A stretch of 64,000 nucleotides of DNA from Microgenomates group bacterium GW2011_GWC1_46_15 (GTDB taxonomy: Bacteria > Patescibacteriota > Microgenomatia > UBA1400 > UBA12028): positions 3,827-67,826 of the forward strand of contig LCLX01000002.1 in assembly GCA_001002285.1 (NCBI GenBank), in the 5' to 3' direction. Numbering within the stretch: the first letter of the stretch is position 1; each line of letters opens with the position of its first letter. This document shows positions 26,551-35,516 of the stretch, piece after piece. The position numbers were made by a program, and so were the translations under genes. The notes beneath the pieces were generated by a model, which had not been told where the DNA came from, did not search any database, and saw only the letters and a list, made by a program, of their open reading frames with translations.

Positions 26551-26846
26551 GCGAACAATTATCAGATCTCCAAGCAGAACTTTCTCAAAAATTTCATGAT
26601 ATTGTTGATTTCCTGCGGAAAAATGCGCCAGTATTGCTCCTCGCTTTGGTGGGATCCGTCGCCGGCGGATACATTGCCACGCGCGGCACCGATGTTGTCA
26701 ACGCGTTTTTTGGAACAACATCACAAGAAGACGCTTCGCTTCCCCCGTGCCCTGACTCCGCACTCGCGGTAGACAGCAGTGCAAACACCGCTTCCGGGCA
26801 GGCGCTTGGACTCAACGGAACGCAGATGTGCGCGTTCAACAGATAA
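26547..26846 (+). CDS. hypothetical membrane protein
   Basis: 99 aa, one TM (VLLLALVGSVAGGYIA); start overlaps the previous stop (ATGA). Confidence 0.35.
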   Translation: MSEQLSDLQAELSQKFHDIVDFLRKNAPVLLLALVGSVAGGYIATRGTDVVNAFFGTTSQEDASLPPCPDSALAVDSSANTASGQALGLNGTQMCAFNR

Positions 26847-26863
26847 TTTCCCCAAGAAAACCG

Positions 26864-26872
26864 TGATATAAT
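26864..26872 (+). promoter_or_regulatory. extended -10 element (TGATATAAT) upstream of tRNA-Lys
   Basis: TGnTATAAT consensus ~29 nt upstream of the mature tRNA 5' end. Confidence 0.35.
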
Positions 26873-26900
26873 TTCATCTGAAAAGCCCTGCGGGGTAAAA

Positions 26901-26973
26901 GGGCCGGTAGCTCAGTGGTAGAGCAGTTGCCTCTTAAGCAACTTGTCGAGAGTTCGATCCTCTCCCGGCTCAC
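26901..26973 (+). tRNA. tRNA-Lys (anticodon CTT)
   Basis: GGGCCGG acceptor, TAGCTCAGTGGTAGAGC D-arm, anticodon stem GTTGC/GCAAC, loop CTCTTAA, GAGTTCGATCCTC T-arm. Confidence 0.85.
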
Positions 26974-27018
26974 AAGAAAAGAAATACTGTCGGACGGAGG
27001 ACTGATCCGACAATAAAA

Positions 27019-27309
27019 TTACCTACATTCTAAAAGTTCGAGTAGATTGTTTGTTAATCTACCGTCAGATGTTGTCTGTAAAAACTCTGTACCACGAGAG
27101 CTTTTCTTAACTTGACAATACACTTTTTTTTCAAATCGGTCAGTAACATAAGCACTACCACCTTCTTTCATGAATTTTACCATTGTTACTCGATCTGTTC
27201 TGCCTCTTTCTTTGGTCATTTCATTTTCCCAACCGTAATAACTCACAGCCTCATGTGGATTCTCATGATAACCTTCAGATTTATTGATGCATATTATTCG
27301 CACGGCCAT
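27019..27309 (-). CDS. DUF3892 domain protein
   Basis: MAVRIICINKSEGYHENPHEAVSYYGWENE...GGSAYV...KKVYCQVKKSSRGTEFLQTTSDGRLTNNLLELLEC matches the DUF3892 pattern; AT-rich; first gene after tRNA-Lys. Confidence 0.6.
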   Translation of the reverse strand: MAVRIICINKSEGYHENPHEAVSYYGWENEMTKERGRTDRVTMVKFMKEGGSAYVTDRFEKKVYCQVKKSSRGTEFLQTTSDGRLTNNLLELLECR

Positions 27310-27450
27310 ATTAATCACCCTCTTTCAAAAATTCCCGTTACAGTAATTTATCAAGAATTTTGTTGAATATCTCAAAAATCCTCCTTCTCTGAAAAATGAT
27401 CCAGAGTTCACTGATATTCTTCTCGATTTCTCTCAAAAACCTGCGCATTC

Positions 27451-27480
27451 TGTATGAGGCTTGCCAACTTGCCATACTTG
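27451..27480 (+). promoter_or_regulatory. sigma70-like promoter (TTGCCA-18-TATAAT) for the HTH-ImmA operon
   Basis: Read directly; lies in the 270-nt divergent region between DUF3892 and the XRE regulator. Confidence 0.4.
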
Positions 27481-27580
27481 GGAATATAATCTTCGTATGT
27501 CCTGCAAGCATTGGTTTAAACCAACGAGCCAAGATACTTGCATAATGTAAGCATACACATACACGTGTGTCAATATCCAA

Positions 27581-27916
27581 ATGATCACAAAAATTGAACT
27601 TGGTCAAAGAATAGCCGTCGCCCGCAAACGGCTCAGAATTACCCAATCACACCTTGGAAAACTATTTGGAAATATTACTCACGCAGCAATATCAGATATT
27701 GAGAGAGGAAAGACTTCTTTGAGTATTGAAAAAATTTCAATAATAGCGAATCTTCTTCATATCACGTTCGAAGAATTAACCGCAGATAACTCTGTTCTTA
27801 CCGGGTCGATTTTCCAAATGAGGAGTTTTTCGGATTCACAGGATATTCCTAACGATAATTCTGCTATTAACAAATTTGAAGAATACATAAACAAATTTGT
27901 CAAAAAAAATGATTAG
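27581..27916 (+). CDS. XRE-family HTH transcriptional regulator (CapH/ImmR-like)
   Basis: N-terminal HTH IELGQRIAVARKRLRITQSHLGKLFGNITHAAISDIERGKT; 3' end overlaps the ImmA gene. Confidence 0.7.
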   Translation: MITKIELGQRIAVARKRLRITQSHLGKLFGNITHAAISDIERGKTSLSIEKISIIANLLHITFEELTADNSVLTGSIFQMRSFSDSQDIPNDNSAINKFEEYINKFVKKND

Positions 27917-28421
27917 ATCCTATGCTATAAGAGAGAAAGCCTTGAATATATTAGCTATGTTCAAAGTTACAACATCCCCTGTGGATATTGAAAAAATTGC
28001 AAATATGCTAGGTTTTAAAGTTGTTCTTTTCGATTTTCCAGATAATATTTCTGGAGTGATAAGAATTGTAAACAACATTAAAGTCATTGGCGTTAATGTA
28101 AATCATCCAAATGTAAGACAAAGATTCACAATCGCACATGAAATAGGTCATTATCTCAGTGGTCATGAAAATTTTAGTCATAAAGAAAAAACTTTTGTAG
28201 ATAATGTAGATAAAAACAATAGATATTTTGATCCGCAATGGAGGCAAGAAGAAGAGGCCGATGAGTTTGCGGCTGAGTTGCTCATGCCAAATTTCTTGTT
28301 AAAAAAAGATATGTCGGAGAATCATCTTGATGTCTCCGCACTTGCAATTAAATATAATGTTAGTGAACAATCTATGTGGATACAATTAATAAATCATAAA
28401 CTTGTATATCAAACTAAATAA
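27897..28421 (+). CDS. ImmA/IrrE-family zinc metallopeptidase (CapP-like)
   Basis: HEIGH zinc-binding motif (FTIAHEIGHYLSGHE) plus downstream EEEADEFAAELLMP; DUF955-type peptidase paired with an XRE regulator. Confidence 0.75.
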   Translation: MSKKMIRSYAIREKALNILAMFKVTTSPVDIEKIANMLGFKVVLFDFPDNISGVIRIVNNIKVIGVNVNHPNVRQRFTIAHEIGHYLSGHENFSHKEKTFVDNVDKNNRYFDPQWRQEEEADEFAAELLMPNFLLKKDMSENHLDVSALAIKYNVSEQSMWIQLINHKLVYQTK

Positions 28422-28435
28422 ACTATACCAATATA

Positions 28436-30676
28436 TCAATTATTTAGATCAAGATATCTCCAATCATTTAAATCATTTGGGTTATATGTGTAGTGTTTAT
28501 TACAATTATATCTCCAACTATTTTTATCTTTAAGTACAATTCCACCAAATAATTTCTTTTCTGTTTTAGTCTGTTCCGCGATATACTTTGCTAAACCTTC
28601 CGCGCGTGTTTTTGCTGTCTCAGCAGTAAGTCCACCCTTTGTATCAAACAAACCAACACGACCATCTTTCAACAATACGATAAAATCGACATAGAACGGT
28701 TTTTCAATCCCATATTCAATATGAGGTACGGCAAAATACGTTGCATCGCTTCTTCCATTCTTAAACCACCATTCGACAACTGGTGTTTTTTCTAAATATT
28801 CAATGAAGTCAACTTCGAGATCGCTATCTTCCTCAAACAAATTTGCTGTTCCAGTACTAGATTTTTTTGCGTAGTACGGTTGTATTACCGACTTCTTATA
28901 ATCTTTCTTTGTAAAAGAAAGAGTGTAGTTTATTACTTTTGGAACATTCCATAGTTCTTCGTTTTTTATTAATTCATTTTTACCCTTTCCAACTTCTCCC
29001 TTGTACATTTCTTTTGCTAAATTGATAGTATTAATCATTATTTGACGGTTTTTTTCCGCAAGAACAGCAGCTTGAATCTTTGGCCACTCATCCTCATTTC
29101 GTGTTGCTTCAAAAAATGAATAGATTGATGCCTTGATGCGCCCTATAGAGCGTTGCTCTGGTTCAAATGGTATAAGATTGTTCCGCACGAACATATCAAA
29201 GGCATTTTGCAACTCAACTTCATTTTTAGGAATATCAAGCGTTCCTTTTTTTTCTATACTTTTTGTTTCCTTATCTGGATCAATGATACGACCACTTGCG
29301 ATCAAATTTGTTTTCAAAATACTATGTTTGAATGAAAAATTTTCCTTGAGTTTCAATTTCTTTCCCGCCTCGATAAAAAGAGGAGTAAAATCAGAAGAAA
29401 GGCGTGTTTCCTCGCGAAAACGTTTTGAATGATAAGATTGTAAGTTAAGATTTTTATAGCTCTTGATTCTGAATCCCGTAAAAGTGGTGATGTAATCACG
29501 AGATAAATCTTCAGCGACATTGATATCCTGCAAGCTTGTAAATACATAGCCAATATTCAAATCTTGGTCTGCATAATGTTTCTGTTCTGGCATACGCATA
29601 ATGCGACCAAGTGTCTGGATGGAGAAGGTTATATTCTCTTCTCGCCATTGTCTAAATAAAACCAAGATTGTGGCACGTGGACAATCCCAACCGAGTGCAA
29701 TCGCTTGCTTAAATATCATTACTTCAACTTCATTCTCATTTTTCTCTATATTCGTAAGATTTATTTTGTTATCTTTATCAGAAAGATAGATTGCAAGTCG
29801 TCCGTTTTCGGTTGTATAACTAAATTTCTTAAGTAGGGCGATAATTTCATCTTTTTTATCCGATACACCCTGCATAGCATCCGGCAATTGAATGAGTAAA
29901 AGCGGGTTCACACCTGATTCCTCGGCTTCAAGCTTCTTCTGTAATTCAATTCGCTTTTTCAGCGCGCTTTCTAGCACAAGTTCGTCTGCTGTTTTATCAC
30001 TCTTCTTCTTATCAAGAATGTAATACTCAAAACCAGGATTTATGATGATTTCTTTCTTAATTATCTCTTCGTCTTTTACATCTCTTAGTTCCACTTCAAC
30101 AATTCCGTTCGCATTATTCAATTGCGGGGTAGCCGAAACTTCAATTGTAATTTTTGGTCCAATATCCCGTATTAATTCTTTTGATTTTTCGCTATTCGCC
30201 GTATGATGACTCTCGTCAATAACAAGAAAGATTATTCTATCTTCATTCTTTGTGCGAGAAATAACACTTGAAAGATTATTATCTCGCTCATTTGCGCGAA
30301 CATATAAATTATCTTTTTTGTTGATACTTGCCCAATTTAAAAACAAAATTTCATTTTCACCAATCTTGCGATCATCTAAATCTTCAAAATACGAACATTT
30401 TATTCCTATGCCATTTTGGTCGTAGTATTTCCTAAGATTGTTTCTGCTTTGGTCATGTAGTTTGTTTACAGCTATCCACACGAAAGAAAACTTTTTTCCA
30501 TCTATACGTGAGTCAATCAAACGCTTCAAAAACTCCGCCATCATCAGCGTCTTACCAGAACCAGTGGGAGCTTTAAATATCAAAACTTTGTCACTATCTG
30601 AATCTAAAAGCTTATTGCTTTCTCGTTTAAGATCAACGACTGCATTTTCTTGATAATTTTTAAATTCGAATATCAT
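28436..30676 (-). CDS. res: Type III restriction enzyme Res subunit (SF2 helicase-nuclease)
   Basis: Walker A APTGSGKT, DEAH box LVIDESHH, helicase C-terminal motifs; immediately downstream of and 1 nt from the Mod gene; very AT-rich. Confidence 0.7.
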   Translation of the reverse strand: MIFEFKNYQENAVVDLKRESNKLLDSDSDKVLIFKAPTGSGKTLMMAEFLKRLIDSRIDGKKFSFVWIAVNKLHDQSRNNLRKYYDQNGIGIKCSYFEDLDDRKIGENEILFLNWASINKKDNLYVRANERDNNLSSVISRTKNEDRIIFLVIDESHHTANSEKSKELIRDIGPKITIEVSATPQLNNANGIVEVELRDVKDEEIIKKEIIINPGFEYYILDKKKSDKTADELVLESALKKRIELQKKLEAEESGVNPLLLIQLPDAMQGVSDKKDEIIALLKKFSYTTENGRLAIYLSDKDNKINLTNIEKNENEVEVMIFKQAIALGWDCPRATILVLFRQWREENITFSIQTLGRIMRMPEQKHYADQDLNIGYVFTSLQDINVAEDLSRDYITTFTGFRIKSYKNLNLQSYHSKRFREETRLSSDFTPLFIEAGKKLKLKENFSFKHSILKTNLIASGRIIDPDKETKSIEKKGTLDIPKNEVELQNAFDMFVRNNLIPFEPEQRSIGRIKASIYSFFEATRNEDEWPKIQAAVLAEKNRQIMINTINLAKEMYKGEVGKGKNELIKNEELWNVPKVINYTLSFTKKDYKKSVIQPYYAKKSSTGTANLFEEDSDLEVDFIEYLEKTPVVEWWFKNGRSDATYFAVPHIEYGIEKPFYVDFIVLLKDGRVGLFDTKGGLTAETAKTRAEGLAKYIAEQTKTEKKLFGGIVLKDKNSWRYNCNKHYTYNPNDLNDWRYLDLNN

Positions 30677-30677
30677 A

Positions 30678-32450
30678 TTATTTGAAAATCTCCCGATACA
30701 CTTTCAATATCACTTCTGGAATGGCGCAAAGTGTTATTTTGTCTTTGACATCAACAAATTTCTTTGCATGTGGGTCGTCTCCCATTGAAAAAACATAGGT
30801 GTTGAAATGTCCATCAATTTTTTTAATTTCCTTTTTATAGTCATCTATTGCTTCCTCATAGAAGATAATTCCAATATATTTATCAGTATTCTTAAAAATC
30901 TTGAATTCTTCGGTTTCTTGGATAAGTTCAAAAGCATTCTCTAAAATACAGAGCATCTCTGTAGATTCTTTAACAAGTTTCCTCTTGTTTTTATCTGTTG
31001 GTTCAGCTTTCACAAAATCAGTCGTGAAGTATTTTAGGTTTCCACCAAGGCCTTCTACTTTTTCTTCTTTTGAATTTTTGTATCCTGTTATAATTTTTTT
31101 GAGACGAGGATAGCAAATTTCAGAAGCTATCTTGTGTTCTGATTTTTCATCCCCATTATTTGTACAAAGAATAAAAACTCGAGTACCTCCATCTTCTTCG
31201 TTTTGTTGTAATACGGCTTGTCCTGTAGTTCCCGATCCTGCAAAAAAATCCAAGATAATAGAATCTTTTTGTGTCGCTAATTGGATAATTTTTTTTATTA
31301 AATAAACAGGTTTTGGATGATCAAAGGTACGCGCCATTCCAATCTCTCTTAAATCAATGGTCCCTTGCTCTGTTCTAACTTCTGTTTCATCCCATATGGA
31401 TTTTGCCTTTGTGCTCGCCTTTCGAGATTTCTCATAAATATTCCAACCGCCATCTCGTCGCTGCCTACCAACAACATTTGAAATATTCGTATTCAAGGCA
31501 ATATTTTTTTTCGTTAAAGCTTGACCCCACCGCCAACAACTATCATCCCCCTTACTATTAAGTGGATATACTTCTATATTAAATTCTTTTGATTTATTTA
31601 AAGAAACAAGGCACTGACCTTTTTTATCAACACTTTTAAAATTAACATATATTGGATAATAAAGATTAGGTCGATTCGCTTTTGTAAATTTTGGATTTCG
31701 ATTTCTCAGCTCTCTAAGTTCATAACCACCTCGAGAATCTTGCAAATCAAAATCTACTTTTTTCATTAACTCATTTAATACGCTTTCTTCGCTCTTAAAA
31801 TAACATAAAAGATATTCGTGTGTTACTGCTATTGGCAAATAATCACGCCCACCTTTATTGACCTGTACTGTTATCATCGTTACAAAATTTTTCTCGCCAA
31901 ATATTTCATCGCAAAGCATTTTCAATGGAGCTTGTTCATTGTCACTAATACTAATGAAAATAGCACCATTTCGTTTTAAGAGATTTTTCGCAAGCTTAAG
32001 TCGTTTCTCAAGAAAAGAAAGCCACTTACTATGTCTAAAGTCATCTTCTAAATCAACAAACTTGTCGTTGTATATAAAGTCGTTATTGCCTGTATTATAA
32101 GGCGGATCAATGTATATCAAATCCACTGCTTCACGGTGTGTGAAATTGAGAACGGCAAGAGAATGATAATTGTCGCCCTCAATCAAAAAATTTACAAGTT
32201 TTGATTTATCTGATTCAATTGCTTTACCTTTTACTTCTTTCAAAACAGGAAACGGTTTGCCAGCCATTTCGTTAGGGAACATCTCATTTGGAGTGTGTGC
32301 ATCAGGATTGACAAGGATATCAATTTTTTCCTCTGGCAGATCGCGATGCCAAACAAGTCCATATGTGGTACTTTTTATTCTTACGATTTCCTTGATCAAT
32401 TCTTCTTTTGACCAAGATTCATATTCTTTTCTGTTTATCTTTTTCGGCAT
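30678..32450 (-). CDS. mod: Type III R-M Mod subunit, N6-adenine/N4-cytosine DNA methyltransferase
   Basis: Motif IV DPPYN (LIYIDPPYNTGNNDF), motif I FFAGSGTTG near C-terminus (beta-class order); 590 aa; mod-res gene order. Confidence 0.8.
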   Translation of the reverse strand: MPKKINRKEYESWSKEELIKEIVRIKSTTYGLVWHRDLPEEKIDILVNPDAHTPNEMFPNEMAGKPFPVLKEVKGKAIESDKSKLVNFLIEGDNYHSLAVLNFTHREAVDLIYIDPPYNTGNNDFIYNDKFVDLEDDFRHSKWLSFLEKRLKLAKNLLKRNGAIFISISDNEQAPLKMLCDEIFGEKNFVTMITVQVNKGGRDYLPIAVTHEYLLCYFKSEESVLNELMKKVDFDLQDSRGGYELRELRNRNPKFTKANRPNLYYPIYVNFKSVDKKGQCLVSLNKSKEFNIEVYPLNSKGDDSCWRWGQALTKKNIALNTNISNVVGRQRRDGGWNIYEKSRKASTKAKSIWDETEVRTEQGTIDLREIGMARTFDHPKPVYLIKKIIQLATQKDSIILDFFAGSGTTGQAVLQQNEEDGGTRVFILCTNNGDEKSEHKIASEICYPRLKKIITGYKNSKEEKVEGLGGNLKYFTTDFVKAEPTDKNKRKLVKESTEMLCILENAFELIQETEEFKIFKNTDKYIGIIFYEEAIDDYKKEIKKIDGHFNTYVFSMGDDPHAKKFVDVKDKITLCAIPEVILKVYREIFK

Positions 32451-32634
32451 ATATGTTGTTTCTTCATTTCTACAAATTTAGTTACGCCAGTGTTTTTGTG
32501 CTATGTTTTTTCCCTCGCTTTACAATCCATCAGCTTACTTGATTGTATCCGTCAGCAAATAGTAAGACAAGTTTTTTCCACAGAAAATAAATTTCTACAA
32601 ATCCATATAGCTAACATAATTTACACTTTTTCCC

Positions 32635-33291
32635 CTACCCCAACCCCACCTCCACCTTCCCTGAGCGATCCTTAAACACTTCGGAGAACACGGCCTCCAG
32701 GACCGAGGAGGTAAGAACGACATTTTTTCCGCAGTAGGCGTCGAGCACGCGGACGGTTTTGCTGAGCTGAAACTCCATGTACGTCAACACCTGTATCTTT
32801 GAGTAGACTCGCGTAAACCCAAATGAACACAACGCATCCTCCACACCCCGGAAATGCGGGCCGTTCCTATTGCCCTCCTTGCCCGCCCGTGTCGTGATAG
32901 GAAAATCAATAAGATACCGCATCTTTCCCAAGTGCACCTGGATAAACCTGTCCTCATTGTTTGCCTTGGAAAAAATCACATAGTGGCATCCATTCGCGTA
33001 CTTCAGCACCTCCTGGATATATCGCCTCCGCGGAAGGTGTTTCCGCAGGTGGAGGAGCGCGTGCTGTTTTTCTTCCACAAAATCTTCATGGATCATCACG
33101 CGAAGGGTGGGCAGGAAGCCTTTCATCTCGAACATGAAGTGATACGTGTGCCCTTCATACAGGTTTAGGAAAAAGATGATGATGTTCCCAACAATGGTAT
33201 ACATACTCTCTATGAGGCGCATGGGGATATTGTACGCCCACGGGACCTCTACAATAGCGTGCGGGGCCTTTGAAAACACGAAAATTCCCAT
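32635..33291 (-). CDS. hypothetical protein (island gene of unknown function)
   Basis: 218 aa from MGIFVF; no recognisable motif; sits between the R-M system and the DinD-like gene. Confidence 0.35.
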   Translation of the reverse strand: MGIFVFSKAPHAIVEVPWAYNIPMRLIESMYTIVGNIIIFFLNLYEGHTYHFMFEMKGFLPTLRVMIHEDFVEEKQHALLHLRKHLPRRRYIQEVLKYANGCHYVIFSKANNEDRFIQVHLGKMRYLIDFPITTRAGKEGNRNGPHFRGVEDALCSFGFTRVYSKIQVLTYMEFQLSKTVRVLDAYCGKNVVLTSSVLEAVFSEVFKDRSGKVEVGLG

Positions 33292-33325
33292 TGACTTCGG
33301 GTAATGTTTGGCATATTCTGGAACT

Positions 33326-34171
33326 ATGAATCTGCCCCCAATCAAACCCACAACAATCGCCTTTTTTAAAGGAAAGAAGATCAGGAAAACGCTTTCTGGC
33401 GGCGAGTGGTGGTTTTCTATTATTGATGTTATCGCCGCACTCACAAACACCAATGAGCCAAGACGCTACTGGAGTGATCTAAAAATTAAACTCAGACAAG
33501 AAGGATTTATTGAAGTGTACGAAAAAATCGTACAGTTGAAATTAGAGGCTCCGGACAACAAAATGCGTACGACCGACTGTGCCAATACCGAAAGTATCTT
33601 CCGCATCATCCAATCCATCCCTTCACCCAAAGCCGAGCCATTCAAACGGTGGCTTGCGAGGGTCGGGTATGAACGAGTGCAGGAGATTGAAAATCCCGAG
33701 CTTGCGACAAAACGCACACGGATGCTCTATAAACTCAAGGGGTACTCCGAAGATTGGATTGAAAAACGCATGCGCGGTATTGCAATCCGCGAGGAGTTAA
33801 CAGATGAATGGAAACAGCGGGGAGCGAGAGAACAACGTGATTATGAAATATTAACATCGGAAATTTCTCGGGCAACGTTTGGAATTACACCGGGTGAATA
33901 TAAAAAACTGAAAGGGCTCCAACGCGAAAATTTGCGCGATCACATGGATGACTTCGAACTGATTTTTACCATGCTGGGCGAACGCGCTACAACAGAAATT
34001 CATCGCAACGAAAAATCGCAAGGTATGCCAAAACTCAAAAGCGACTCCCGCGCTGGGGGAAATATTGCGGGGGGAGCGCGGAAACAACTCGAAAAACGGT
34101 TGGGCAGAAGCATTGTGTCCAAGAGAAATTATCTCAAACATTCTGAGTATAAAAAGCTCAAAGGGAAGTAA
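33326..34171 (+). CDS. DinD-like DNA-damage-inducible protein (Bro-N domain + C-terminal helical domain)
   Basis: N-terminus GGEWWFSIIDVIAALTNTNEPRRYWSDLKIKL parallels the Bro-N/DinD core (IEFWSARELAPILDYRDWRNFQKVL of E. coli DinD). The C-terminal region is also DinD-like. Confidence 0.6.
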   Translation: MNLPPIKPTTIAFFKGKKIRKTLSGGEWWFSIIDVIAALTNTNEPRRYWSDLKIKLRQEGFIEVYEKIVQLKLEAPDNKMRTTDCANTESIFRIIQSIPSPKAEPFKRWLARVGYERVQEIENPELATKRTRMLYKLKGYSEDWIEKRMRGIAIREELTDEWKQRGAREQRDYEILTSEISRATFGITPGEYKKLKGLQRENLRDHMDDFELIFTMLGERATTEIHRNEKSQGMPKLKSDSRAGGNIAGGARKQLEKRLGRSIVSKRNYLKHSEYKKLKGK

Positions 34172-34196
34172 CAGCGAACCGCCTTACTTCACTTTT

Positions 34197-34406
34197 TTAC
34201 TGTGCAATTTGGGTTCCGAAGTGAGAAAGAATAGAAACAAAGTCCTGGTTTGTAAACCCCTTTATATCGGGAAGCTCTTTCCGTATCTCTTCAGCGGTAT
34301 AATTCATTGCAATAAGTGCCAACACGCGGGAAACGGGGATTCGAGTTCCCTTCATAATCGGCTGTCCGCCGAGAATCTTTGGATTTTGTTGAATAAGAGC
34401 TGTCAT
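34197..34406 (-). CDS. DUF433 domain protein (antitoxin-like, no partner found)
   Basis: ILGGQPIMKGTRIPVSRVL is the DUF433 core; 69 aa from MTALIQ. Confidence 0.6.
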   Translation of the reverse strand: MTALIQQNPKILGGQPIMKGTRIPVSRVLALIAMNYTAEEIRKELPDIKGFTNQDFVSILSHFGTQIAQ

Positions 34407-34549
34407 GGAAGTGCTTTCACTGTAATCGAAAACCAGTTTTTTGTCAATGCGAAAATAATGCAAAAATACAAAACCCCATACGCTATTATTGAAGTGTCCG
34501 AAAAAATCGGACAACTGAAGGTCAAGTTCCCAACTTTATAAATCGGTAC

Positions 34550-35503
34550 CTACATCGTTTTCCAATCTCTCAAAAATTGTTCCTTTGCGTGGTTCATTCC
34601 TGCTTCGTTTTCTTCCTTTTTGTAATACTGGATAAAACTTAATCCCATTCTTAGCCGATACAAAAAGAGTTTTTTGCCAAACTCCGCGATCACTGGGGCA
34701 ACTTGCTCATACCCCGCCCGAAGTATATCAACTGACAAATCTCTGCCAAAAAAGTAGTCCCACCAAGCAAAATCCCACATGGGATCACCGCTTCTGCAGT
34801 TTTCAAAATCAATAATGCCCGTAATTTTATCCCCATTAACAAGAATATGCTTTGTACTGAAATCACTATGGAGCAACTGGGGAGAAACATCAAAAAGCGC
34901 CTGATGATCCTCTAGTGTACGAATTACTTTATCTATTTTGTCTGCCTCAATTCCCATGTGTTCCGCAGCTTCCACAGCCAAGTCCCGATCTCGCTTTGCT
35001 TCCATCATGTACTCAAACCACGTGTTATATTTTCCCTTTCCAAATCTATTCAGTCCGCCGTATCCCCGTGTTTTTACCGAGTGAATCTTTGCGAGTATTG
35101 CGCCGGCTTTGCGGACAAACTTGAGAACTTGTACGTGGTCTTGTATTGTACTTAGCGGAGTTCCCAAAAGTGCTGTTTCAATAGAAAATGTGAGTTTCTC
35201 GTCACCATGTTGCACTGAAGTAACGAGTAAAATTTCCGGAGCGAGGACTCCGATCTTTTTCACCTGGTTGATCGCCCATTTCTCTGCAAGGAATCTTGGT
35301 TTTTCGCTTCTCGAAATTCTGGCAACAATATGTTTACCGTTTCTCAACGTGATCGCGTATACCTCATTCACCTCACCAAGAATGACTTTTTGTTTATGTA
35401 CAACTTCAGAACCAGTAGCACGATGTACAACAGCATTGAGGATGGAGTCCGGCGTGTTCAGTCCCGCATGTTTTTGATCAAGATACGATTGATAACTTTT
35501 CAT
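34550..35503 (-). CDS. aminoglycoside/phosphotransferase (APH) family kinase
   Basis: Catalytic loop LLHSDFSTKHILVNGDKITGIIDFENCRSGDPMWDFA (HxD...D...IDxE); 317 aa. Confidence 0.7.
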   Translation of the reverse strand: MKSYQSYLDQKHAGLNTPDSILNAVVHRATGSEVVHKQKVILGEVNEVYAITLRNGKHIVARISRSEKPRFLAEKWAINQVKKIGVLAPEILLVTSVQHGDEKLTFSIETALLGTPLSTIQDHVQVLKFVRKAGAILAKIHSVKTRGYGGLNRFGKGKYNTWFEYMMEAKRDRDLAVEAAEHMGIEADKIDKVIRTLEDHQALFDVSPQLLHSDFSTKHILVNGDKITGIIDFENCRSGDPMWDFAWWDYFFGRDLSVDILRAGYEQVAPVIAEFGKKLFLYRLRMGLSFIQYYKKEENEAGMNHAKEQFLRDWKTM

Positions 35504-35516
35504 ATTATTTCTCTAC

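Noticed and set aside
34065-34541. 158-aa plus-strand ORF overlapping the DUF433 gene
   Set aside because: Antisense to the DUF433 motif-bearing frame and overlaps the 3' end of the DinD-like gene.
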